Part shown: piece by piece, positions 9,407 through 20,372 of the stretch
Numbering within the stretch: position 1 is the stretch's first letter
How the letters are laid out: each line of letters begins with the position of its first letter
Source: Pseudomonas aeruginosa
Lineage (GTDB): Bacteria > Pseudomonadota > Gammaproteobacteria > Pseudomonadales > Pseudomonadaceae
Assembly (NCBI RefSeq): GCF_001457615.1
Contig: NZ_LN831024.1
Location: 5,100,001-5,132,000, forward strand
Direction: 5' to 3'
Length of the DNA stretch: 32,000 nt
Notes under the pieces: generated by a model
Databases searched by the model: none
What the model saw: only the letters and a program-made list of their open reading frames with translations
Told to the model about the DNA's origin: nothing
Position numbers and translations under genes: made by a program

Positions 9407-10624
9407 ATGGCGGACAAAGCGTTAAAGACCAGTGTCTTCGTATGGGAAGGCACTGACAAGAAAGGCACCAAGGTCAAGGGCGAGCTGTCCAGCCAGAACC
9501 CGACCCTGGTCAAGGCGCAACTGCGCAAGCAGGGCATCACGCCGGTCAAGGTCCGCAAGAAAGGCATCTCCCTGCTGGGGGCGGGGAAGAAGATCAAGCC
9601 TATGGACATCGCCCTGTTCACCCGCCAGATGTCCACCATGATGGCCGCCGGCGTGCCGCTGCTGCAGTCGTTCGACATCATCAGCGAAGGCTTCGACAAT
9701 CCGAACATGCGCAAGCTGGTGGAGGAGATCAAGCAGGAAGTCGCCGGCGGCAACAGCCTGGCCAACTCGCTGCGCAAGAAGCCGCAGTACTTCGACTCGC
9801 TCTACTGCAACCTGGTGGACGCCGGCGAACAATCCGGCGCCCTGGAAACCCTGCTCGACCGGGTCGCCACCTACAAGGAAAAGACCGAGGCGCTGAAGGC
9901 CAAGATCAAGAAGGCCATGACCTACCCGATCGCGGTGATCGTCGTCGCCATCATCGTTTCGGCGATCCTACTGATCAAGGTGGTGCCGCAGTTCCAGTCG
10001 GTGTTCGAGGGCTTCGGCGCCGAACTGCCAGCCTTCACCATGATGGTCATCAACATTTCCAACGTACTCCAGGAATGGTGGCTCCTGGTACTGCTGATGA
10101 TGGGCGGCGCCGGCTTCCTGCTGAACCACGCCTACAAGCGTTCGGAGAAGTTCCGCGACGCCACCGACCGCACGGTACTGAAGCTGCCTATCGTCGGCGC
10201 CATCCTCTACAAATCCGCCGTGGCACGCTACGCGCGGACGCTGTCGACCACCTTCGCCGCCGGCGTGCCATTGGTGGAAGCCCTCGACTCGGTTTCCGGC
10301 GCCACCGGCAACGTGGTGTTCAGGGACGCGGTGGGCAAGATCAAGCAGGACGTGTCCACCGGCATGCAGCTGAACTTCTCCATGCGCACCACCAACATCT
10401 TCCCCAGCATGGCCATCCAGATGACCGCCATCGGCGAGGAGTCGGGCGCGCTGGACGACATGCTGGCCAAGGTCGCTGGCTTCTACGAGCAGGAAGTGGA
10501 TAATGCCGTGGACAACCTGACCGCCCTGATGGAACCGATGATCATGGCGGTCCTCGGGGTCCTGGTCGGTGGCCTGATCATCGCCATGTACCTGCCGATC
10601 TTCCAGCTGGGCAACGTCGTCTAA
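9407..10624 (+). CDS. pilC: Type IV pilus inner-membrane platform protein PilC
   Basis: 405 aa T2SF-family protein: FTRQMSTMMAAGVPLLQSFDI, FATTFAAGVPLVEALDS-like repeats; directly after pilB. Confidence 0.97.
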   Translation: MADKALKTSVFVWEGTDKKGTKVKGELSSQNPTLVKAQLRKQGITPVKVRKKGISLLGAGKKIKPMDIALFTRQMSTMMAAGVPLLQSFDIISEGFDNPNMRKLVEEIKQEVAGGNSLANSLRKKPQYFDSLYCNLVDAGEQSGALETLLDRVATYKEKTEALKAKIKKAMTYPIAVIVVAIIVSAILLIKVVPQFQSVFEGFGAELPAFTMMVINISNVLQEWWLLVLLMMGGAGFLLNHAYKRSEKFRDATDRTVLKLPIVGAILYKSAVARYARTLSTTFAAGVPLVEALDSVSGATGNVVFRDAVGKIKQDVSTGMQLNFSMRTTNIFPSMAIQMTAIGEESGALDDMLAKVAGFYEQEVDNAVDNLTALMEPMIMAVLGVLVGGLIIAMYLPIFQLGNVV

Positions 10625-11497
10625 ATGACCCTCCTCGACTACCTGGCCAGCCATCCGCTGGCCTTTGTCTTGTGCACCATCCTCCTCGGCCTGCTGGTCG
10701 GCAGCTTCCTCAACGTCGTCGTGCATCGCCTGCCGAAGATGATGGAGCGCAACTGGAAGGCCGAAGCCCGCGAAGCGCTCGGGCTGGAGCCGGAACCCAA
10801 GCAGGCGACCTACAACCTGGTGCTGCCGAATTCGGCGTGCCCGCGCTGCGGCCACGAGATCCGCCCCTGGGAAAACATCCCGCTGGTCAGCTACCTGGCG
10901 CTGGGCGGCAAGTGCTCGTCCTGCAAGGCCGCCATCGGCAAACGCTACCCCCTGGTGGAACTGGCCACCGCGCTGCTTTCCGGCTACGTCGCCTGGCATT
11001 TCGGCTTCACCTGGCAGGCGGGCGCGATGCTCCTGCTGACCTGGGGTCTGCTGGCGATGAGCCTGATCGATGCCGATCACCAACTGCTGCCGGACGTGCT
11101 GGTGCTGCCGCTGCTCTGGCTGGGCCTGATCGCCAACCATTTCGGCCTCTTCGCCAGCCTCGACGATGCGCTGTTCGGCGCGGTGTTCGGCTACCTGAGC
11201 CTGTGGTCGGTGTTCTGGCTGTTCAAGCTGGTGACCGGCAAGGAGGGCATGGGCTACGGCGACTTCAAGCTGCTGGCCATGCTCGGTGCCTGGGGCGGCT
11301 GGCAGATCCTGCCGCTGACCATCCTGCTGTCGTCGCTGGTCGGGGCGATCCTCGGGGTGATCATGCTGCGCCTGCGCAACGCCGAAAGCGGCACGCCGAT
11401 CCCCTTCGGTCCCTATCTGGCGATTGCCGGGTGGATTGCTTTGCTCTGGGGTGATCAAATAACCCGGACCTATCTGCAATTCGCCGGATTCAAATGA
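10625..11497 (+). CDS. pilD: Prepilin peptidase / N-methyltransferase PilD (XcpA)
   Basis: 290 aa; CPRCGHE...CSSCKAAIG zinc motifs, [21 protein letters not shown] and [14 protein letters not shown] aspartate-protease signatures. Confidence 0.98.
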   Translation: MTLLDYLASHPLAFVLCTILLGLLVGSFLNVVVHRLPKMMERNWKAEAREALGLEPEPKQATYNLVLPNSACPRCGHEIRPWENIPLVSYLALGGKCSSCKAAIGKRYPLVELATALLSGYVAWHFGFTWQAGAMLLLTWGLLAMSLIDADHQLLPDVLVLPLLWLGLIANHFGLFASLDDALFGAVFGYLSLWSVFWLFKLVTGKEGMGYGDFKLLAMLGAWGGWQILPLTILLSSLVGAILGVIMLRLRNAESGTPIPFGPYLAIAGWIALLWGDQITRTYLQFAGFK

Positions 11498-12105
11498 CCC
11501 AACCCTGGATACTAGGCCTCACGGGCGGTATCGGCAGCGGCAAGAGCGCAGCCGCCGAGCATTTCATTTCCCTCGGCGTCCACCTGGTGGACGCCGACCA
11601 TGCCGCCCGCTGGGTGGTGGAGCCGGGGCGTCCGGCCCTGGCGAAGATCGTCGAACGCTTCGGCGACGGCATTCTCCTGCCCGATGGCCAGCTCGACCGC
11701 GCCGCCTTGCGCGAGCGGATCTTCCAGGCGCCGGAGGAACGGCGCTGGCTGGAGCAATTGCTGCACCCGCTGATCGGCGCGGAGATCGTCCAGTACCTGG
11801 CCAGGGCCGAATCACCCTACGCTATCCTGGTCTCGCCGCTACTGGTGGAGTCCGGCCAGCGCCAGATGACCCAGCGCGTGCTGGTGGTGGATACCCCGGA
11901 ACATCTGCAACTACAGCGCACCATGCTTCGCGACAAGGTCTCCGAGGAGCAGGTGCGCTCGATCCTCCAGGCCCAGGCCCGGCGCGACGAGCGCTTGAAG
12001 CACGCCGACGACGTGCTGGTCAACGACGGCGACCTGTCCCACCTGCAGCGTGAAGTCGAACGACTGCACGCCTTCTACCTGACCTTGCGAGGAGGCCGAG
12101 CATGA
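11494..12105 (+). CDS. coaE: Dephospho-CoA kinase
   Basis: [25 protein letters not shown]-loop, [21 protein letters not shown]. Confidence 0.96.
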   Translation: MTQPWILGLTGGIGSGKSAAAEHFISLGVHLVDADHAARWVVEPGRPALAKIVERFGDGILLPDGQLDRAALRERIFQAPEERRWLEQLLHPLIGAEIVQYLARAESPYAILVSPLLVESGQRQMTQRVLVVDTPEHLQLQRTMLRDKVSEEQVRSILQAQARRDERLKHADDVLVNDGDLSHLQREVERLHAFYLTLRGGRA

Positions 12106-12302
12106 GCCAGCCCCTGACCGTGGAGTGCCCGACCTGCGGCGCGCCCGTCGAATGGAAAAGCGACAACAAGTACCGCCCCTTCTGCTCCGACCGCTGCAAG
12201 CTGATCGATCTCGGCGCCTGGGCCGCCGAGGAACATGCGATCCCCGGCGACACCCTGGAAGACGATATCTTCTCCGCCGACCTGCCACCTCGCGAGCATT
12301 GA
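12102..12302 (+). CDS. yacG: DNA gyrase inhibitor YacG (zinc-binding)
   Basis: 66 aa; [12 protein letters not shown]...[24 protein letters not shown]. Confidence 0.95.
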   Translation: MSQPLTVECPTCGAPVEWKSDNKYRPFCSDRCKLIDLGAWAAEEHAIPGDTLEDDIFSADLPPREH

Positions 12303-12338
12303 ACGCAACGGGCCAGCCAATCCGGCTGGCCCGTTCCT

Positions 12339-12548
12339 TCAGGGACGCATGAAAGCGTAGTCGCGCTGGTCGTCGAGATTCTCCGCAAGAAATTGCAGTT
12401 CGCTGGCCAGGTCGCCAGCATCGCGCTCCGCCCGGTTCAGTTCGACGATTGCGCTGAGCAACGCGCGCAGGCGCATTGCCCGGTCCGCCTCGTCACTCTT
12501 CGACAGCAACTCTCGCAGGCCCTCTCGGGCCCATTCATGGACACCCAT
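12339..12548 (-). CDS. Conserved small hypothetical protein (69 aa)
   Basis: ATG-initiated short ORF MGVHEWAREGLRELLSKSDEADRAMRLRALLSAIVELNRAERDAGDL..., plausible soluble helical protein; position conserved by recollection. Confidence 0.6.
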   Translation of the reverse strand: MGVHEWAREGLRELLSKSDEADRAMRLRALLSAIVELNRAERDAGDLASELQFLAENLDDQRDYAFMRP

Positions 12549-12653
12549 GTTCCGCTCCTCACCTGGGAAAACGGCAGGATCGCGGCCAGCTTCGTCCGAA
12601 ACACTGACGCAAGTCAGCCGCCGCCCGCCATGAACCTGGCGAATGACTGGTCA

Positions 12654-13339
12654 TCAGGGCTTGCGCTCTTCGTCCTTCCAGGGCGCCTGCAGGTAGCGCG
12701 TGCGATTGAAGGTTTCCAGCCACTCCGGGTAGTAGACCACCAGGCCGGTGATCACCGTGCCGTTGATGAAGGCCTCGGGGAACATGATCAGCCACAGGTA
12801 ACCAGCGAAGTCCTCCAGCCAGGGCGGCATCGGGAAAAGGCCGTCGATCCAGACCACGCCAAGGCCGAGCAGCAGGACCACCACCGCGGTGAGGGCCGCC
12901 GGGAAGAAACCGCAGCAGAAGATGTAGACGAACAGGTTGCGCGGCTGGCGCTTTTCCACGAACAACGCCGCCAGCTCCGCGATCAGCGCGGGGATCGCCA
13001 CCAGCAGCACGCCGTTGACGCCGATCGCCAGCCAATCCTGGCGGCCGAGCAGGCACAAGCCCAGTTGCGCCACCAGCCCCACCACGATCGCCAGCGGCCA
13101 GTCGAGCAGCAAGGTGACGGCGGTCATACCGATGAAATGGAAGGACAGTCCCGACTCGAAGTCCCGGCGCACCAGCCAGAGCAGGAACAGCCCGAGCATG
13201 GTACCGAACACCAGGTGCTGGCGGCGGGTATCGCTGACCAGCTCGACCCAGGGCGCGCGCCAGGCGGCGAGCAGCAGCACCGGCGCATAGATGGCCCAGC
13301 CCAGTTCCAGGCTTTCCGCCGACAGCAATTCGGCAGCGA

Positions 13340-13343
<4 letters not shown>
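12654..13343 (-). CDS. CbiM-like energy-coupling factor (ECF) transporter S-component-type membrane protein
   Basis: 229 aa polytopic protein; FVYIFCCGFFPAALTAVVVLLLG..., LWLIMFPEAFINGTVITGLVVYYPEWLETFNRTRYLQAPWK. GTG start overlapping the upstream TGA. Confidence 0.7.
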
Positions 13344-15440
<2,097 letters not shown>

Positions 15441-15465
15441 CCGACATCGAAAACGGAGGCCTGCC

Positions 15466-15636
15466 ATGTCCAGCCGACTGAGCCCCGAAGACCAGCAGAA
15501 GGTCGAGCAGTACCTCGCCTCGCCGCTGCACCAGGTCGAGCGTGCGCCGTTCCGCCCGTGGTTCCTGATGTTCGTCCTGCTCGCCGTGGTCATCGGCCTG
15601 GGCCTGCTCAGCCGCCTCCTCAGCTACCTGGCCTGA
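15466..15636 (+). CDS. Small membrane protein, DUF3094-like (56 aa; below the ORF-track size cutoff)
   Basis: AACGGAGG SD then ATG at 15466: MSSRLSPEDQQKVEQYLASPLHQVERAPFRPWFLMFVLLAVVIGLGLLSRLLSYLA*; one C-terminal TM helix. Confidence 0.8.
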   Translation: MSSRLSPEDQQKVEQYLASPLHQVERAPFRPWFLMFVLLAVVIGLGLLSRLLSYLA

Positions 15637-15699
15637 GTCGTCCGGTCGAGCCACGCTCCCGACGACCGCCTCACGGAATTCCCACTATGAGATATCCAC

Positions 15700-17007
15700 A
15701 TGTCCCATCGCATCGTGATCGTCGGCGGCGGCGCCGGCGGGCTGGAGCTCGCCACCCGTCTCGGCCGCACCCTGGGTAAACGCGGCAAGGCCCAGGTCAC
15801 CCTGGTCGACGCCAACCTCACCCACATCTGGAAACCCCTGCTGCACGAAGTCGCCGCCGGCTCGCTCAACTCCTCCGAGGACGAGCTGAACTACGTCGCC
15901 CAGGCGAAGTGGAACCACTTCGAATTCCAGCTCGGCCGCATGCAGGGCCTGGATCGCGCCGGCAAGCGGGTCCGCCTGGCCGCACTGGTGGACGAGAATG
16001 GCGTTGAACTGGTTCCCGAGCGCGACATCGCCTACGACACCCTGGTGATCGCCGTCGGCAGCACCACCAACGACTTCGGCACCGAGGGCGCTGCGGAACA
16101 CTGCATTTTCCTCGATACCCGCGCCCAGGCCGAACGCTTCCATCGCCAACTGCTCGGCCAGTACCTGCGTGCGCATACCGGGCACGACGCGAACAACAAC
16201 GCAGTGAGTATCGCCATCATCGGCGCCGGCGCCACCGGCGTCGAACTGGCTGCGGAACTGCACCACGCCGCGCAGATGCTGGCCGCCTACGGGCTCGACC
16301 GGATCCGCCCGGAAGACCTGCACATCAGCCTGGTCGAAGCCGGCCCGCGGGTGCTGCCGGCGCTGCCCGAGCGTATCAGCCAGCCGGTACACCAGACCCT
16401 GAGCAAGCTCGGCGTACGGGTGATGACCGGCTCCGCGGTGAGCAAGGTAGATGCGGACGGCCTCTGGACCGGCGACGGCGAATTCGTCCCGGCGACGCTC
16501 AAGGTGTGGGCGGCGGGCATCCGGGCTCCGGCCTTCCTCAAGGAACTCGACGGCCTGGAAAGCAACCGTATCAACCAACTGGTGGTCCGCCCGACCCTGC
16601 AGACCACCCGCGACGACGACATCTTCGCCTTCGGCGACTGCGCCGCCTGTCCCCAGCCGGCGCAACCGGGAGAGCAACCGCGCAACGTGCCGCCACGCGC
16701 CCAGGCCGCGCACCAGCAGGCCTCGCTGCTGGTGAAATCGCTACGTGCCCGTCTCGAAGGCAAGCCGCTGGGCGAATATCACTACCGCGACTACGGTTCG
16801 CTGATCTCGCTGTCGCGCTTCAGCGCGGTCGGCAACCTGATGGGCAATCTGATGGGTAGCGTCATGCTCGAAGGCTGGCTGGCGCGGATGTTCTACGTAT
16901 CGCTATACCGCATGCACCAGATGGCGTTGTACGGTCCGCTGCGCACCGCGATGCTGATGCTTAGCGGCCGCCTGCGCAGCACCGAGCCACGCCTCAAGCT
17001 GCACTGA
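15700..17007 (+). CDS. ndh: NADH dehydrogenase, type II (NDH-2)
   Basis: 435 aa; MSHRIVIVGGGAGGLELATRLG FAD-binding, SIAIIGAGATGVELAAEL NAD-binding, DIFAFGDCAACPQPA. Confidence 0.95.
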   Translation: MSHRIVIVGGGAGGLELATRLGRTLGKRGKAQVTLVDANLTHIWKPLLHEVAAGSLNSSEDELNYVAQAKWNHFEFQLGRMQGLDRAGKRVRLAALVDENGVELVPERDIAYDTLVIAVGSTTNDFGTEGAAEHCIFLDTRAQAERFHRQLLGQYLRAHTGHDANNNAVSIAIIGAGATGVELAAELHHAAQMLAAYGLDRIRPEDLHISLVEAGPRVLPALPERISQPVHQTLSKLGVRVMTGSAVSKVDADGLWTGDGEFVPATLKVWAAGIRAPAFLKELDGLESNRINQLVVRPTLQTTRDDDIFAFGDCAACPQPAQPGEQPRNVPPRAQAAHQQASLLVKSLRARLEGKPLGEYHYRDYGSLISLSRFSAVGNLMGNLMGSVMLEGWLARMFYVSLYRMHQMALYGPLRTAMLMLSGRLRSTEPRLKLH

Positions 17008-17046
17008 GCCATTACGCCCCGTTTGCCGTCGGCGCGGGGCGTTCCT

Positions 17047-18105
17047 TCAACAGCGAAGCTGGCGCAACTGCGCCAGCCGACTGGCGGTACGCTGCATGTC
17101 CGCAGGCAGGTCGCTGCCCTCGACCAGGTCCGGCAGCGCCTTTTCGGCACTCAGGAAAAAACGCCGGTCATTGTCGTAAAGGACGTCGACGAGATTGATG
17201 AAGCGCTGCTGGGCGGCGACCGAACAGCGCGCCATCGGCGGTACGCCCTCCAGCACCCAGGTAGAGAAGCGTTCGCCGAGGGCAAGGTAGTCCATCACCG
17301 CGGTTGGCGCCTCGCAAAGGTCGGCGAAGGCGAACCACACCAGGTCGCCGCACACCGCGCGCGCCTGCAACGTCCTCGCGCCGCTTTGCAGGGTCACGCG
17401 TTGCGAGGGTTCGGGCGCGGACAAGCCCAGCTCGTCCAGGCAAGCGCATGAGGCTGGCCAGCAATACCCGCCGCTGGCATAACCGGAAGCGATCTCCTGC
17501 CGCGGCGAAATCGTCCGGTAGTCCCGGGCGCCGGCTACTTCCAGCACTTCCATGCGCGTCTCGATCAACCGGATCGCCGGCAGGAAGCGTTCGTGGTAGA
17601 GCGGATTGGGCAGCAGTTGCCGCGGCGCGTAGTTGGAGGTGCAGACCAGGGTGATCTTCCTGCGGAACAGCTCCCTGAACAGGCGTGTTATCAGCATCGC
17701 GTCGCCAATGTCGTGGACATGGAATTCGTCGAAGCAAAGCAGCCGGCAATCTCCTAGCAGTTCGTCGAGCGCACCGCCCAGGGCATCGGGCCGCCCCTGG
17801 CGGCGGAACATACCGTCATGAAGCCGGCGAAAGAACGCATGGAAATGCGTCCGGCGCAGGCCCTGCAAATCGGCGCTGCGAAAGAAGCCATCCATCAGCC
17901 AGCTCTTGCCGCGCCCGACCGGCCCCCACAGGTAGAGGCTGCGCGGCGCTTGCCGGAATAGCGACGGACCTCGACGCAAGCGCTCCGCCAATCGATCGAG
18001 ATGAAGAATGGCATTGCCCTGGGCTGCGTCCAGCACATAGCCGCGCCGTTGCGCCTCTTGGTGGAAATAGCGGGCTACGGGCGTTGTGGGCTTGGTGCCG
18101 GTCAT
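17047..18105 (-). CDS. AFG1/ZapE-family ATPase (352 aa)
   Basis: MTGTKPTTPVARYFHQEAQRRGYVLDAAQ...LYLWGPVGRGKSWLMDGFF, HFHAFFRRLHDGMF, LLCFDEFHVHDIGDAMLITRLFRELF, TSNYAPRQLLPNPLYHERFLPAI. Could be a paralog of canonical zapE, so no symbol assigned. Confidence 0.88.
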   Translation of the reverse strand: MTGTKPTTPVARYFHQEAQRRGYVLDAAQGNAILHLDRLAERLRRGPSLFRQAPRSLYLWGPVGRGKSWLMDGFFRSADLQGLRRTHFHAFFRRLHDGMFRRQGRPDALGGALDELLGDCRLLCFDEFHVHDIGDAMLITRLFRELFRRKITLVCTSNYAPRQLLPNPLYHERFLPAIRLIETRMEVLEVAGARDYRTISPRQEIASGYASGGYCWPASCACLDELGLSAPEPSQRVTLQSGARTLQARAVCGDLVWFAFADLCEAPTAVMDYLALGERFSTWVLEGVPPMARCSVAAQQRFINLVDVLYDNDRRFFLSAEKALPDLVEGSDLPADMQRTASRLAQLRQLRC

Positions 18106-18560
18106 GGGTGAACGCCACGAAAAAGAACCGAAAAGACACACTCCGTTGATGCTCAGCCTGAGAGGGCCCTTAAACCGAGAACGGCATTCTAGCGCTGCGT
18201 CCTGCCCATGCTCCAGCCGCCAGACCGAACGGCGGGCGATAGTCGGACAGGCCCTTTGATCATGACCGCCACGGTCGCGATACGGAATCGCGCTCAGCCG
18301 CTACTTCCGCCCCACTGTTTCCGCCGCTTCCGCTGCCGAGCCCATTATCACCGGAGTTTTTCCTACAGCAGTCCTCCCAGTCCCCTACGAAAACCAAGAA
18401 GTTCTACCGGCCAAAGCCAGAAAACTACGATTGTCGCCGTTTCAGCCTCGCCTCAGGCTATCGCCCACTCGATTCTCCGCCTTGAAACCGATCGTTCTGC
18501 ACATGCCTGCGGATATCGGCTTCTTTTCTCTGCAAGAACCGCGCTCCGGGCCGATTGACC

Positions 18561-20324
18561 ATGCATCCAGCTTTTCCGCGTAACCAGGCTAGCCTTTCTT
18601 TCCCACCTCCCTCTCCAAAACCTTCCGGCAGTTCCACTTCGATTGTTCCATCCCTCAGGGCCGGACCGCTGCTCCGTACGGGCCTCATGGGAATGGCCAT
18701 GTTGTCGTCCTGCCTTGCCAATGCCGCCCCGGATGCGGGGCAGGCGCTGCGTGACGTGGAAAGCCGACGCCTGAACCTGCCCGCGCCGGTGGAACTGGAC
18801 GCCGAGCGCCCCAGCCCCGAGGACGGCGTATCACGGGCTGCCGAAGAGGGCGGCCCGACGGTGCTGGTCAAGCGCTTCCAACTCAGCGGCAACAGGCAGT
18901 TCGACGATCGACGCCTGCTGGCGCTCCTGCACGACCTGCCGGGCCAGGAACTCAATCTGAGCCAATTGCACGCCGCCGCCGCCCGCATCGGCGATTTCTA
19001 TCAGGAAAAGGGATATGTGCTGGCGCGCGCCTTCCTCCCGGCACAGGAAATCCAGGATGGAACGGTACGCATCGAAGTGCTCGAGGGACGCTACGGCAGG
19101 ATCGAACTGCACAACACGTCCCGAACGCTGGACCGCGTTCTACTCCGCCCCTTGAGCGCACTCGAACGAGATACCGCGGTCCAGGGCTCGGAGCTGGAGC
19201 GTGCGCTTCTGCTCCTGAGCGACATTCCCGGCCTCCAGGCCAAAGGCACCCTGCTGCCGGGCCAGGCGCAGGGAACCACGGACTTGCGCGTCGAGGCCCG
19301 CCCCGGCCCGCTGGTCGGCGGCAGGCTGGAGGCAGACAACTATGGCGGCCGCTACATGGGGGAATATCGCCTGGGAACCACCCTCGACTTCAACAGCCCG
19401 CTGCGACTGGGCGACCAGGCGAGACTGAGCCTGCTGGGCAGCGACCGGCACCAACGCTACTACCGTGCAGCCTATCAACTGCCCCTTGGTTCCCGAGGCA
19501 CGCGCATCGGACTGGCCCACGCCGAGACGACCTATCGACTGGTACGCGATTTCTCGCGCCTGGACGCCCATGGCCGGGCCATTACCGACAGTCTGTTCGT
19601 CAGCCAGCCCCTGCTGCGTAGCCGCAGCTTAAGCCTGTCCACCCAGTTGCAATATGAAAACAAGCGACTTCGCGATGACCAGGAGCGTACCGGGAGGCAT
19701 AGCCGCAAGGAGATCCGCCTGTGGACCGCCAGCATCAGCGGAAACGCCCAGGACCGCTTGTTCGGCGGTGGACAGAGCGGCTTCTCGCTGGCCTATGCCC
19801 ACGGCCAGCTCGCCATCGACTCCGGCGAAGAGCGGCTGCTGGACCGCTACACCATCGGTACCGCCGGCAGCTTCGACAAGATCATGCTCAACGCCGTACG
19901 CCTGCAGCACCTGGGCGACCGCCTGCAGTTGTTCGCCCAACTCAACGCCCAGTGGAGCGGCGGCAACCTCGACAGCGCGGAACAGTTCGACATGGGCGGC
20001 CCCTACGGCGTTCGGGCGTTCCCCCTGGGCAGCTACAAGGGCTACGGCGACGAAGGCTGGCAAGCCAGTGCGGAGCTGCGCTACAGCCTGGCTCCGGGCT
20101 GGCAGCTGAGTTCGTTCGTCGACCAGGGCGCGGTGAAATTCCTCAAGCACCCCAACACCACGGAAGGCAATCGCAACCGCATGGCCGCCGTCGGCAGCGG
20201 CGCAACCTGGTACGGAACGGATCACCAGGTCAGCCTGACCGCCGCCTGGCCCCTGAGCCAGGAAAACAACATCGAGCCCGAGCGCACTCCCCGGCTGTGG
20301 TTGCAAGCGACCCGCTACTTCTGA
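18561..20324 (+). CDS. lepB: TpsB/ShlB-type outer-membrane transporter (two-partner secretion), LepB
   Basis: POTRA_2/ShlB architecture: VLVKRFQLSGNRQFDDRRLLALLHDLPGQELNLSQLHAAAARIGDFYQEKGYVLARAFLPAQEIQDGTVRIEVLEGRYG..., FNSPLRLGDQARLSLLGS, GGPYGVRAFPLGSYKGYGDEGWQASAELRY, ending in ...WLQATRYF. Upstream of its TPS exoprotein. Confidence 0.88.
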   Translation: MHPAFPRNQASLSFPPPSPKPSGSSTSIVPSLRAGPLLRTGLMGMAMLSSCLANAAPDAGQALRDVESRRLNLPAPVELDAERPSPEDGVSRAAEEGGPTVLVKRFQLSGNRQFDDRRLLALLHDLPGQELNLSQLHAAAARIGDFYQEKGYVLARAFLPAQEIQDGTVRIEVLEGRYGRIELHNTSRTLDRVLLRPLSALERDTAVQGSELERALLLLSDIPGLQAKGTLLPGQAQGTTDLRVEARPGPLVGGRLEADNYGGRYMGEYRLGTTLDFNSPLRLGDQARLSLLGSDRHQRYYRAAYQLPLGSRGTRIGLAHAETTYRLVRDFSRLDAHGRAITDSLFVSQPLLRSRSLSLSTQLQYENKRLRDDQERTGRHSRKEIRLWTASISGNAQDRLFGGGQSGFSLAYAHGQLAIDSGEERLLDRYTIGTAGSFDKIMLNAVRLQHLGDRLQLFAQLNAQWSGGNLDSAEQFDMGGPYGVRAFPLGSYKGYGDEGWQASAELRYSLAPGWQLSSFVDQGAVKFLKHPNTTEGNRNRMAAVGSGATWYGTDHQVSLTAAWPLSQENNIEPERTPRLWLQATRYF

Positions 20325-20372
20325 GCAAGCTCCCGCCCGCCATGCCGGCGGGCCCCACTGAAAGGAAAAGCC

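Noticed and set aside
9968-11479. 503-aa minus-strand ORF
   Set aside because: Antisense to pilC and pilD, highly Gln/His/Arg rich, no recognisable domain.
18142-18560. Possible extra small gene between the ATPase and lepB
   Set aside because: The 116-aa plus ORF (18208-18558) lacks a recognisable domain or good start context; more likely the lepBA leader/promoter region.
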